From: Nitrosopumilus sp.
GTDB lineage: Archaea; Thermoproteota; Nitrososphaeria; Nitrososphaerales; Nitrosopumilaceae
Reading direction: 5' to 3'
NCBI GenBank assembly: GCA_965205215.1
Contig: OZ242041.1
Coordinates: 1,280,001-1,344,000, forward strand
Length of the DNA stretch: 64,000 bases
In this document: positions 30,205-39,838 of the stretch, in pieces
Numbering within the stretch: the stretch's first letter is position 1
How the letters are laid out: the number at the start of each line of letters is the position of its first letter
Translations under genes and position numbers: made by a program
Notes under the pieces: generated by a model
What the model saw: only the letters and a program-made list of their open reading frames with translations
What the model was told of the DNA's origin: nothing
Database searches by the model: none

Positions 30205-30947
30205 TCACGGGAGCGGGCCGTGCGGCTGCGACCACTTTTTGATGTACATACGCTCGAATTCCTCATACGGAGGCAGCCCCAGGTCGTAGTCTATCTGGAG
30301 ACTCCTGTTGATTATCTTCTTGGGGTCGCACGGCGACAGCTCGGGCGGCTGGGGCAATATGTGGGCGGCCCAGAACTCCGCCATTGTCGTCCCGTCCCGA
30401 TCAAACGTTCCCGTGTACTCTACCAGATGCCAGACGTTTTGCCTCTCTAGATGGCACTCCACGTAGGTGTCACCGGGCGACATCTCGGCCACATGGATTA
30501 TGTCGCCCCATCCGTCCGGCGTGTAGGAATAAAAGTTGACTGCAATTCTGTCCTCTGGCTCGTCTACCAGGACCACCTCGCCGACATGGTGGAAACCCCT
30601 GTCGCTGCCGTCGGTCGCGACAACAAAGATTTCGCCGTACGACGCGTTGGACACCGCCACATACACGGGCGGGTAAGCTTCCTTATAGAGGTCATAGGCC
30701 CCGCGCGGCGGCCGGCAGATGTACCTGTCCGGGCTGACCTCCACGCACGCGTAGCCTTCTTCATATCTGTGATAATTAGAGGTCATGCGTTTTGTCCGCA
30801 GGCGGAATCGCAGTAGGAGCCGTCGTCAATGCCGAGGCCCAGCATGTGCCTGTGAAACTGGACGTAATCCACGGCATAATACACGGCCGGAACAATCACC
30901 AACACCGCCGCCACCGCGTAGATGGTGTTCTTGACGTTGGCATTCAC
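30205..30947 (-). pseudogene. Membrane-anchored Cys-rich exported protein split into two ORFs (30783-30947 and 30205-30786)
   Basis: Signal anchor plus YCDSAC ends at a TGA; GYAC.....YIC continues in another frame after about 20 AT-rich bases. Confidence 0.5.
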
Positions 30948-31400
30948 CGGTATATTGTGGTCGTGTGAGATTATTAACTGATGGTGATCTACAAATGTGT
31001 CGCGACACGGTGACCTAGCGAAAGGCATCAGACAAGCGATCCGTTCTGAGTGGAAACGGCCTGCGTCGACTTGCCCTCCGACAGGCGGCTCGGTGGTACG
31101 CCGCATTGCAGATGATTCCGGACTCGGCAGGTTATGCGCGCCGTCGGGTCGCAATCCGGGCGCGTCCCTGATGCGCGGCCATATGTGGAAGCGCCGCCGT
31201 GGCAAACTAACACTGGTGGCTGCTTCTGACAGACACCGGCGGGTTTGGAATCGTGGATTGGTAATTCCCTTGAATGATTAGGGACTGGTTAGTGGAAGCT
31301 GTATTCTCGTGGAAAGCGTCGGGATCTGATGGCTGAAGGATCGGATCTTCCGACATGGTGGAGCATAGACTAACATACAAGGGGCTGACTGGCAACCGAC

Positions 31401-31793
31401 ATGAGGCACTGGACCACAGTAGTGGACCTCTCAACTGTGGCATGGTTCTGCATCTTTGTAGTCGGCTTTATGGCGTTTGACGCGGATCTTGTGGGGCTGG
31501 AGCCTCTGATCAAGATTCCCGAATCCTACCAGACTGTGTGGATTGTTGCAAACTGGTCAATCTGGGGCGTCTTTGCAGTAGACGTGTGGTTCAAGTACCG
31601 CAGAGTTCGAAGCCCGCGGGAGTTTGTGCGCAGACACTGGTTCGACCTGTTACTGCTCATACCGTTCTTTAGGGTGCTGGCAATACTCAGAGTCCTGAGG
31701 CTGCTGCGCATGTTGAGGCTTGCAAGGGCGGGCCTCGGCGCATACAGGGCGTACAGAAAAGCAAAAAGATTCGGGGGGGGGGGGAGGGTCTGA
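31401..31793 (+). CDS. Small ion-transport-family membrane protein (voltage-sensor S1-S4-like, no pore domain)
   Basis: F..D S2, WFDLL S3, and RVLAILRVLRLLRMLRLAR S4 with Arg at every third residue. Confidence 0.75.
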   Translation: MRHWTTVVDLSTVAWFCIFVVGFMAFDADLVGLEPLIKIPESYQTVWIVANWSIWGVFAVDVWFKYRRVRSPREFVRRHWFDLLLLIPFFRVLAILRVLRLLRMLRLARAGLGAYRAYRKAKRFGGGGRV

Positions 31794-32028
31794 AAAGTGC
31801 GGAGGACATGGTGGTTCTCCCAACCGCAGGTTAGCCAGTCTGAATGATTGGGAAACTTTATTAGATGTGACGCAGGTTATTTATGTGGTTTGAATATGAT
31901 GATACTAGTGACGATGTGTGCGCGTGCCAAGGCGCCTAGGGCGCACGCCGCGGACGCCATGGCAGGGCCGGCGCCGGGCGCGGCATCGCACGCCGCCGGG
32001 TCCCGGCTCTGGATGTGATTGTAGCACG

Positions 32029-33738
32029 ATGGCAAGCGATCTCGTAAGCGAAGCGCAACACATGTCGGGCGCAAAGGCGCTGATGGTGGCAATGGAGAGG
32101 GAGGGTGTCCGACAGGTCTTTGGACTGCCCGGCGGCGCCAACCTGCCCATGTACGACGAGTTTGCAAGGTGCGACATACGGCACATACTGGTGAGGCACG
32201 AGCAGTCCGCGGCCCACATGGCCGACGGCTTTGGGCGCGTCAGCCGCAAGCCGGGCGTGTGCTTTGCAACGTCGGGCCCCGGCGCCACGAACATACTGAC
32301 GGGCATTGCGACCGCGCAAGCCGATTCTGCGCCCATGGTGGCGGTGACGGGACAGGTGCCCGTGTCCATGATAGGACGCGACGCGTTTCAGGAGAGCGAC
32401 ATAATCGGCATGGCAAACCCGGTCGTAAAGTACGCGTTCCAGCCTCGTGCGGCATCGGAGATACCCGAGTCGGTCAGAAAGGGCTTTTTCATAGCCGAGA
32501 CCGGCAGGCCGGGCCCCGTGCTGATTGACATCCCAAAGGACGTGCAGCAGAACGAGGCTGACATGGTGTTTCCAAACGAGTTCCAGATAAAGGGATACCA
32601 CCCGTGGACCGACCCGGACGTTGCAAACGTGGAGCGCGCCATTGCCATCCTGCTCAACACGGAGAGGCCCGTGATACTTGCCGGCGGCGGCACCATAATC
32701 TCGTCAGCTTTTGCAGAGCTTCAGGCGCTGGCCGAGCTCTTGATGATCCCAGTAGTCACCACGTTCAAGGGAAAGGGGGCGTTTCCAGAGAACCACCCGC
32801 TGTCGCTGGGCCCCATAGGGATGCACGGGCACGCGGAGGCAAACCGCATCATAGACCAGGCCGACTGCGTGCTTGCGATAGGCACGAGGTTCTCTGACAG
32901 GTCGGTCGGGACGTTTGAGGACTTTGAGCGCCAGCGCAAGATAATCCACATGGACGTGGATCCCGCGGAGATTGGGAAGAACCAGACTACGAGCGTGGCC
33001 GTGGTGGGCGACGTCAGGGCCTCTCTGCGCATCATGCTGAAGCTTTTGGAGAACAAGCCGCGCCTCGTAGAGGAGACCGCGTGGCTCAAGAACGCCAAGG
33101 AGACCAAGTCGTACTGGAAGGAAAACCTCAAGATACACCCCGGCGAGATGGGGGCGGCCAAGATACTCCGAAAGCTCCGCGAACTTCTTCCGGCCGACTC
33201 CATAGTGACCACGGAGGTCGGGCAGCACCAGATGTGGGCTTCCCTGTTCTTTGACGTGATACACCCGGGCACCTTTTTCAGCTCGACCGGGCTCGGTACC
33301 ATGGGGTGGGGGTTCCCCGCCGCGATCGGGGCAAAGGTCGCCAGGCCCGACGTACACGTCGTGGACATTGCGGGGGACGGCAGCTTTAACATGACTGAGA
33401 ACTCGCTTGCCACCGCGGTTCTCGAGGACATCCCGGTCATCGTGTTCCTGATAAACAACTACTCGCTTGGGATGGTGGCTCAGTGGCAGCGCACGTTCTA
33501 TGAGCGCCGCATGATCGGCGTGGATCAGGGCCGGTGTCCGGACTATGTCAAGCTTGCCGAGTCGTACGGGGCCCAGGGCATCAGGGCCCAGTCCCTGGAC
33601 GAACTGGGTTCTGCCATCAAGGCCGCCCTTGCAAGCGACGTTGCGACTGTGATCGACATACCTATCGACCCCGAGGAGGACGTGCTCCCCTTTGTGGCTC
33701 CGGGCACGCCGCTCAAGGACATGATACTCCCCTCGTGA
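32029..33738 (+). CDS. ilvB: Acetolactate synthase large subunit
   Basis: FGLPGGA, RHEQ, TSGPGATN, GQHQMW, GDGSF TPP-binding motif. Confidence 0.96.
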   Translation: MASDLVSEAQHMSGAKALMVAMEREGVRQVFGLPGGANLPMYDEFARCDIRHILVRHEQSAAHMADGFGRVSRKPGVCFATSGPGATNILTGIATAQADSAPMVAVTGQVPVSMIGRDAFQESDIIGMANPVVKYAFQPRAASEIPESVRKGFFIAETGRPGPVLIDIPKDVQQNEADMVFPNEFQIKGYHPWTDPDVANVERAIAILLNTERPVILAGGGTIISSAFAELQALAELLMIPVVTTFKGKGAFPENHPLSLGPIGMHGHAEANRIIDQADCVLAIGTRFSDRSVGTFEDFERQRKIIHMDVDPAEIGKNQTTSVAVVGDVRASLRIMLKLLENKPRLVEETAWLKNAKETKSYWKENLKIHPGEMGAAKILRKLRELLPADSIVTTEVGQHQMWASLFFDVIHPGTFFSSTGLGTMGWGFPAAIGAKVARPDVHVVDIAGDGSFNMTENSLATAVLEDIPVIVFLINNYSLGMVAQWQRTFYERRMIGVDQGRCPDYVKLAESYGAQGIRAQSLDELGSAIKAALASDVATVIDIPIDPEEDVLPFVAPGTPLKDMILPS

Positions 33739-33892
33739 TTTGCATGGTGGTGATGAAGATGATGATGATGATTATGGTGATAACGACTAACATGGCAGCG
33801 GGTAAGACTGCGGTTACTGCCGCGACGACGACGACGACGACGACAACGGCGTCCGCCGGCCTGCTTGATACGGGGATGACGGTGGCGCCATA

Positions 33893-34375
33893 ATGTGGGC
33901 AATCCTGTCCCTGGTGGTGGAGAACAAGCCGGGCATCCTGTTCAAGGTGACCCACATGTTCCGCGCGCGCAACTTTAACATCGATAGCATCTCTGTCGGC
34001 GTGATGGCCAATCCCGACTACTCGAAAATGACCATCACCACGTACGGGGACGACAAGCAGATAGATCAGATAGTAAAACAACTCGACAAGATGATAGACG
34101 TCATACGCGTGGACCGGCTTGATGAGAACATGACCGTGTTCAGGGAGCTGTGCATATTCCGTATAAAGGTGGGCAATGCAAGTGACAGCATGGAGATAAA
34201 CAAGATGGCCGGCGCGTACGGGGGAAAGATCCATGACGTAAAGCGCGACTCGATAATGGTGGAGCTGACGGCTACTCCTGACCAGATAAAGGCCTTTGAG
34301 GAGCTGGCCGCGCCGTTTGGAATCGTGGACGTGGCCAGAACCGGGGTGGCGGCGCTGCAGAGGAGCGGGGTGTGA
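33893..34375 (+). CDS. ilvN: Acetolactate synthase small subunit
   Basis: LVENKPGIL...RNFNIDSISVG...KQLDKMIDV, ARTG. Confidence 0.95.
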   Translation: MWAILSLVVENKPGILFKVTHMFRARNFNIDSISVGVMANPDYSKMTITTYGDDKQIDQIVKQLDKMIDVIRVDRLDENMTVFRELCIFRIKVGNASDSMEINKMAGAYGGKIHDVKRDSIMVELTATPDQIKAFEELAAPFGIVDVARTGVAALQRSGV

Positions 34376-34376
34376 C

Positions 34377-36020
34377 ATGGAACCCGAGAACCGAACCGCC
34401 GCGGACGGCGGCGGAGGTGGCGATAACGGCAGCAGCAGCAGCAACGGCAACGGCACGAACCCGAGAAGAATCCGCATCTTTGATACCACCCTGCGTGACG
34501 GGGAGCAGACGCCAGGCATATCGATGTCGCCGGAGCAAAAGCTGGAGATCGCGCGCAGGCTTGACCGGCTCGGGGTGGACGCAATCGAGGCCGGCTTCCC
34601 GGTCATATCAAAGGGGGAGCACAAGGCAGTAAGCATGATTGCATCTGACGGACTCTCCTGCGAAGTCGCGGGCCTTGCGCGCGCAAACCGCAGGGACATT
34701 GATTCTGCCGCGGACGCCGGACTCCGGTACGTCCATACGTTTATCGCGACGTCCGACCTGCACCTGCAGTACAAGCTGAAGATGTCCCGGCAGGATGCGC
34801 TGCGGAGGGCAGTCGACGCAGTGGAGTATGCAAAGTCCAGGGGCATGCAGGTGGAGTTCTCGGCCGAGGACGCCACGCGCACAGACCGCAAGTTTCTCGG
34901 TGAGGTATTCTCGGCAGTGGCGTCTGCAGGGGCCGACCGGATTGACATCCCCGATACGGTCGGTTATGCGACGCCCGAGTATGTGGCGGCAATAACGGCC
35001 GACGCGATATCGGCCTCGGGGGGGCTTCCCATCAGCGTGCACTGCCACAATGACTTTGGGCTTGCGGTTGCAAACGCGCTTGCCGGCATCGGAGCGGGGG
35101 CCTCGTGCGCGCATGTTACGATAAACGGCATCGGCGAGAGGGCCGGCAACGCCTCGCTTGAGGAGCTGGCAATGGCCCTCAAGTGCCTCTCACACGGGAC
35201 TGACGATGGCCGCGGCAATGGCGTGCCTGGCGGGGCCACATACGAGACTGGAATCGTATCCGAGCAGCTCTACGACGTGTCTAGGTACATCTCAAGCGTG
35301 GTGGGGATACAGGTGCAGCCAAACAAGGCGATCGTGGGGGAGAACGCATTCGGCCACGAGTCCGGGATACACACGCACGGCATACTCAACAACCCGCTTA
35401 CGTACGAGCCGATAAGCCCGGAGCTTGTGGGGCGCCGGCGCTGGCTCCACGTGGGCAAGCACGCCGGCATACACGGGATGAACGCCATGCTGCAAGAATA
35501 CGGGATAGAGCCGGACGAGGAGCAGTCAAAGCAGATACTAGAGAGGGTAAAGGCGCTCGGCGACCGGGGCGAGTACGTGACCGATGTCGAGCTCCTGTCT
35601 TTTGCAAGCGAGGTGCTTGGCGATCGAGGCATAAAGCAGCTCGTGCACCTGACGGGTTTCTCAGTGTCCACTGGAATCGGCACCATGCCCTATGCGTTTG
35701 TAAAGCTTGACATCGACGGCGAGGAGTTCTACGGGACCGACTATGGGGTGGGCCCCGTCGACGCCGCGCTCAACGCAATTGAGCGCATAACGGACAGGAC
35801 GTCGGAGCTGCGCATCAAGGATTACGGGCTCGCGTCAATATCTGGCGGCTCTTCTGCGCTCTGCGAGGTTACCATATCCGTGGAGGACGCCGGCGGCAAC
35901 TCCGTCTCTGCAAAGTCGGTGGGGGAGGATATAGTCACTACGAGCGTAAAGGCCGTAATCGAGGGCATCAACCGCATCATGTTAAAGAATATGATGCAGG
36001 AAAAAACCAAACAAGACTGA
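34377..36020 (+). CDS. leuA: 2-isopropylmalate / citramalate synthase
   Basis: DTTLRDGEQ, HCHNDFG, GIGERAGN, HESGIH, C-terminal GVGPVDA regulatory domain. Substrate (LeuA vs CimA) cannot be resolved by eye. Confidence 0.85.
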   Translation: MEPENRTAADGGGGGDNGSSSSNGNGTNPRRIRIFDTTLRDGEQTPGISMSPEQKLEIARRLDRLGVDAIEAGFPVISKGEHKAVSMIASDGLSCEVAGLARANRRDIDSAADAGLRYVHTFIATSDLHLQYKLKMSRQDALRRAVDAVEYAKSRGMQVEFSAEDATRTDRKFLGEVFSAVASAGADRIDIPDTVGYATPEYVAAITADAISASGGLPISVHCHNDFGLAVANALAGIGAGASCAHVTINGIGERAGNASLEELAMALKCLSHGTDDGRGNGVPGGATYETGIVSEQLYDVSRYISSVVGIQVQPNKAIVGENAFGHESGIHTHGILNNPLTYEPISPELVGRRRWLHVGKHAGIHGMNAMLQEYGIEPDEEQSKQILERVKALGDRGEYVTDVELLSFASEVLGDRGIKQLVHLTGFSVSTGIGTMPYAFVKLDIDGEEFYGTDYGVGPVDAALNAIERITDRTSELRIKDYGLASISGGSSALCEVTISVEDAGGNSVSAKSVGEDIVTTSVKAVIEGINRIMLKNMMQEKTKQD

Positions 36021-36282
36021 TGCCTGCCGCGCCGTCACAGGCTCGTGATATGCGCTGCCTGCCAGCTTGCAGGTAATCCCCTCCAGTATCTGCCCATGGA
36101 AACCCTTGCGGGCCGGCCTGCCGTGCCTAGCCCGTGCGCGATGCGGCGCGGGATCCGTATATATTCAGATCCCCTGCCGTAGGGTCTGAAAACACAGCCC
36201 GGCAGGCGTGAATTTCCAAGGAGCTGGAATCCCTGCGGGATCTGATCAAAAGCATTAAAAGTAACTCTACATATGCAATCAC

Positions 36283-36459
36283 ATGTCTCGTTGGAAGAAG
36301 GGAGCACGTGAATTTGAGATGAATGTAAACCACAACGGACTTGGAAGTCACCTGTGTAGGATCCCAAAGCCGATCATGGAGATGCTGGGGTATCCGGAGA
36401 AGGTAAGGTTTACCGTAAAGGGCAAAAAGGTCACCTTTGCTGCAGGCGGCGACCAATAG
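36283..36459 (+). CDS. 58-aa AbrB/MazE-like small DNA-binding protein (absent from the ORF track)
   Basis: MSRWKKGAREFEMNVNHNGLGSHLCRIPKPIMEMLGYPEKVRFTVKGKKVTFAAGGDQ; TATA-like ATTAAAA at 36254. Confidence 0.7.
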   Translation: MSRWKKGAREFEMNVNHNGLGSHLCRIPKPIMEMLGYPEKVRFTVKGKKVTFAAGGDQ

Positions 36460-36628
36460 CACCACTGCCTGCCTGCTGTTGACGCCACTGCATCACCTTG
36501 TTATTCACACGCCGCGCGGTAAACTGGCGCATTGCTGATGTCCGGCATGCCGGGCGCCGCCCTTCTGATTCGCGGCAGCCATACTGGCCGCCACAAATCC
36601 TAAATTTCATGCAGTGTTCGTGAATTCT

Positions 36629-37663
36629 GTGTATTCCATATCGATGATCGCCGGCGACGGGATAGGCCCCGAGCTCTCCGAGTCCGCGCTGTCCGTCATC
36701 GAGGCCGTCTCTGACGGGGGCGGCCCCGACCTTGACGTCGTACGCCTCGAGGCAGGCGACGGCGCGCTTGCTAGGACTGGTTCTGCCCTTCCTGCAGAGA
36801 CGCTCTCTGCCATACGCGAGTCTGACGCGTGCTTGAAGGCGCCCGTGGGTGAGTCTGCGGCTGACGTTATCGTGGTGCTGCGGAGGACGCTTGACCTGTA
36901 TGCCAACGTAAGGCCCGCCCGCTCGTACCCAGGCACCCCCGCGCTCAGGGACGACATTGACATGGTTATAGTCCGGGAGAATACCGAGGATCTCTACACG
37001 GGAAAGGAGTTTGAGGTTGACCGGGGCCAGGCTGCAGTGGCCCTGCGCGTCATATCGCACGAGGCGTCGACCCGGATCGCGCGGCACGCGTTTGAGACTG
37101 CCAGGCGCCGCGGCTCCAAGATGCGCGTCACGTGCGTGCACAAGTCAAACGTCATGCGCGTGACAGACGGGCTGTTTGCGGGCGCGTGCGCGTCCGTCGC
37201 AGACCACTATCCGGACGTCTCCTTTGATCAGATGTACGTGGACGCGTGCGCCATGAACCTCATACGGCAGCCGCAGGAGTTTGACGTCATCGTGACTACG
37301 AACCTGTTTGGCGACATCCTGTCTGACGAGTCGTCGCAGGTTGTGGGGGGGCTCGGAATGGCGCCCGCCGCAAACATAGGGGACAAGTTCGCGCTGTTCG
37401 AACCCGTGCACGGGGCCGGGTTTGACATTGCAGGCCAGAACGTGGCCAACCCGTCGTCGTTTCTGCTGTCCGTGTCGATGATGCTCGACTGGCTTGGCGG
37501 CCGCAACGACGACGAATCGTGCATGCGCGGCTCGGCCCTGATAGAGTCCGCCGTGCTGGGGCTTGCGCGGTCAGGAATTGCCACGACCGACGTGGGCGGC
37601 TCGTGCACCACGTCGGAGTTCACAAAGCACGTGGTGCGCAGGATAAAAGAGGGCGGCGTCTGA
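36629..37663 (+). CDS. leuB: 3-isopropylmalate dehydrogenase
   Basis: GDGIGPE, LYANVRP, VRENTE, NLFGDILSD, FEPVHG.G.DIAG; leu operon context. Confidence 0.88.
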   Translation: MYSISMIAGDGIGPELSESALSVIEAVSDGGGPDLDVVRLEAGDGALARTGSALPAETLSAIRESDACLKAPVGESAADVIVVLRRTLDLYANVRPARSYPGTPALRDDIDMVIVRENTEDLYTGKEFEVDRGQAAVALRVISHEASTRIARHAFETARRRGSKMRVTCVHKSNVMRVTDGLFAGACASVADHYPDVSFDQMYVDACAMNLIRQPQEFDVIVTTNLFGDILSDESSQVVGGLGMAPAANIGDKFALFEPVHGAGFDIAGQNVANPSSFLLSVSMMLDWLGGRNDDESCMRGSALIESAVLGLARSGIATTDVGGSCTTSEFTKHVVRRIKEGGV

Positions 37664-37741
37664 CCGTCTCCTTTCTCCGCGGCCTTTGGCGCCTGTTCCG
37701 TCTCATTTGTAACTGCACGCCTTTGCTTCTGCCGTCTTAGG

Positions 37742-38107
37742 TCAGTCCCTGCTTTTGCCGCGCCGCCCTATATCCGAGTTGGGGGGGTTCAGCGACCAGA
37801 AGAACAGGGCCAGGCAGATGGGAATCATTATGAGCGCCGCGGCGACCAGCGATATGGTGTAGAACGTAGGGTCGAGTCCCGGCAGGAAAGGCCCTGGAAA
37901 GACCGCGTACAGCCACAGCAGCCCTGCAAATATGACGACAAGCTTGTTTCTCTTCACAAGCCGGACCCACCCCAGTCTCCTCTTGTCGATATAGCACCTC
38001 TTGCACCTCGACCTGTCGTCTGTCATGCACGACGTGCAGCAGCGCCTGTCGCAAAAGTAGCAGGTCCTGTCACCGAACATGGACCCGCAGAATTCGCACT
38101 CGGCCAT
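37742..38107 (-). CDS. Cys-rich zinc-finger membrane protein
   Basis: Four CxxC pairs followed by two hydrophobic helices. Confidence 0.75.
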   Translation of the reverse strand: MAECEFCGSMFGDRTCYFCDRRCCTSCMTDDRSRCKRCYIDKRRLGWVRLVKRNKLVVIFAGLLWLYAVFPGPFLPGLDPTFYTISLVAAALIMIPICLALFFWSLNPPNSDIGRRGKSRD

Positions 38108-38211
38108 GTCTACTGTATGGCGGCGCCGCTTTTATGCGTGCGGCTCCCCGGCGTGCCCCCTGTCCGCAGCCTGCGGTGCACACATATTGTGGCGTACCTG
38201 CTGCCCGCGTG

Positions 38212-38343
38212 ATGGCCACCTGCTGCATCTGCAAGAACACGGCTGGGACCCTAAAGATCAAGGACGGCAATCCCGCATACAAGGGCAAGCCCGTCTGCAA
38301 GGAGTGCCAGGGGTACAGAAGACTGCTGCAGGAGACGCGCTAG
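38212..38343 (+). CDS. 43-aa small zinc-finger protein
   Basis: MATCCICK...VCKEC: two CxxC motifs, GC3-biased codons. Confidence 0.65.
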   Translation: MATCCICKNTAGTLKIKDGNPAYKGKPVCKECQGYRRLLQETR

Positions 38344-38610
38344 CTATACTGCATTCGGTTCCGGACCGTACTGCCTGCGCTTGTTTTTCTCGGCCCACTC
38401 TTCGTACATGGAGATCAGGGCGTCTACGTCCTCCTTGTCCTCTGAATATGTTACAATCACGCCGAACGCGCCGTTCGAGTCGTGCCCCCTTGCAAAGTAT
38501 CCCCAGTAGCTGTCCGGCAGCTTCTCAAAGTTCTTGGAATCGTGCGCAACCCCGATCAGGTTGTTGCCCAGGGTCTCTGCCACGTCCTTTGCGTCCTTTG
38601 GATCTATCAT
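38344..38610 (-). CDS. Hypothetical protein
   Basis: Clean 88-aa ORF with genome-like codon usage. Confidence 0.7.
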   Translation of the reverse strand: MIDPKDAKDVAETLGNNLIGVAHDSKNFEKLPDSYWGYFARGHDSNGAFGVIVTYSEDKEDVDALISMYEEWAEKNKRRQYGPEPNAV

Positions 38611-38677
38611 GAGGCGCTATCTGCGCAATGTTCGAATAAACGTTGGCATGGCGGCCGCGCCTTTGTCCGCCGCGCCG

Positions 38678-39733
38678 TCAGCTGCCTTCTCTGGGCGGTG
38701 GCGCAGCCGCGTCGGGTTGGGTGGCCGTCTCCTCCTCCTCCTCCAGCCAGCACATGGCGTACCCGGTATTGGTCTCGAACTTTGGCGGGGGCGTGGTGCA
38801 CTTTTCCATGGCGTACGGGCACCTGTCGATGAACCTGCACTGTCTTGGCTCCTCGAAGAGCGCGGGCGGCACTCCTGCTATGTAGCTTGGCGGCCCGCCC
38901 CGCATCGTGGGTATCGACTTTAGAAGCCCCTGCGTGTACGGGTGCCTCGGGTTCTCGTACACTTCCTGCAGGCTGCCAAACTCCACTATCTGGCCGCCGT
39001 ACATTATGCCCACCACGTCTGCAATCTCTGAGAGGACTGCCAGGTCGTGGGTTATCAGTATAAACGACATGCCCTCGTCTGACTTGAGCGACTTTAGCAG
39101 CGATATTACCTGGGCCTGCACCAGCACGTCGAGGGCGGTGGTCGGCTCGTCGGCGATGACCAGCTCGGGCTTTAGCAAGAGCGCCATCGCAATGACCACG
39201 CGCTGCTTCATACCCCCGCTCAGCTCGTGCGGGTACCTGGACAGCACGGACTCTGAGAGGTTGACCTCCCTGACTGCGCGCGATATGGCCTCGTCCGCGT
39301 CACCGTCGTACCCGTGCCTTGAGAGCACTTCTGAGAACTGTTCGCGTATCGTAAAGACCGGGTCAAGGGAGTTCATGGCCCCCTGGAATATCATCGCGAT
39401 GCGCTTCCACCGAAAATCCGCGTCAAACCCGGACTCTGGCATCTCGAGTATGGACTCGCCGCCGCACACTATCCTGCCTGACGTCTCGACTGCGTCGGGA
39501 TCGAACATCCTCATGACTGCAAGCCCCAGGGTGCTCTTGCCGCAGGCGCTCTCCCCTGCAATCCCGAGGGTCTGCCCTTTTTTCAGCTCAAAGTCCACGT
39601 CGTGCACGGCGTGCACCATATTTCTGCCGCCCCTGGCACCGCCCCCCCTACCGTGCGTGCGGTATGCCGCAGAAAGCCCGTCCACGCGTATGAGGCTGCC
39701 CCCGTCCCCCGCATCGCGATCCGAGCCGCCCAT
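38678..39733 (-). CDS. Oligopeptide/dipeptide ABC transporter ATP-binding protein (DppD/OppD type)
   Basis: GESACGKST, YPHELSGGMKQR, IADEPTTALD, HPYTQGL, C-terminal C.F..RC. Confidence 0.93.
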   Translation of the reverse strand: MGGSDRDAGDGGSLIRVDGLSAAYRTHGRGGGARGGRNMVHAVHDVDFELKKGQTLGIAGESACGKSTLGLAVMRMFDPDAVETSGRIVCGGESILEMPESGFDADFRWKRIAMIFQGAMNSLDPVFTIREQFSEVLSRHGYDGDADEAISRAVREVNLSESVLSRYPHELSGGMKQRVVIAMALLLKPELVIADEPTTALDVLVQAQVISLLKSLKSDEGMSFILITHDLAVLSEIADVVGIMYGGQIVEFGSLQEVYENPRHPYTQGLLKSIPTMRGGPPSYIAGVPPALFEEPRQCRFIDRCPYAMEKCTTPPPKFETNTGYAMCWLEEEEETATQPDAAAPPPREGS

Positions 39734-39838
39734 TATGCGGTGGGCACGACCAATGGATATAAACAGCACGTAGGCAGCCTCACAACATGCAGCGCCACTG
39801 CCGCGCCGACCTGCGGGGGAACACGGGGTGACGATGCG

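Noticed and set aside
30763-30785. Second BHB intron at the split exported-protein gene
   Set aside because: No 4-bp helix with 3-nt bulges gives a frame-restoring cut.
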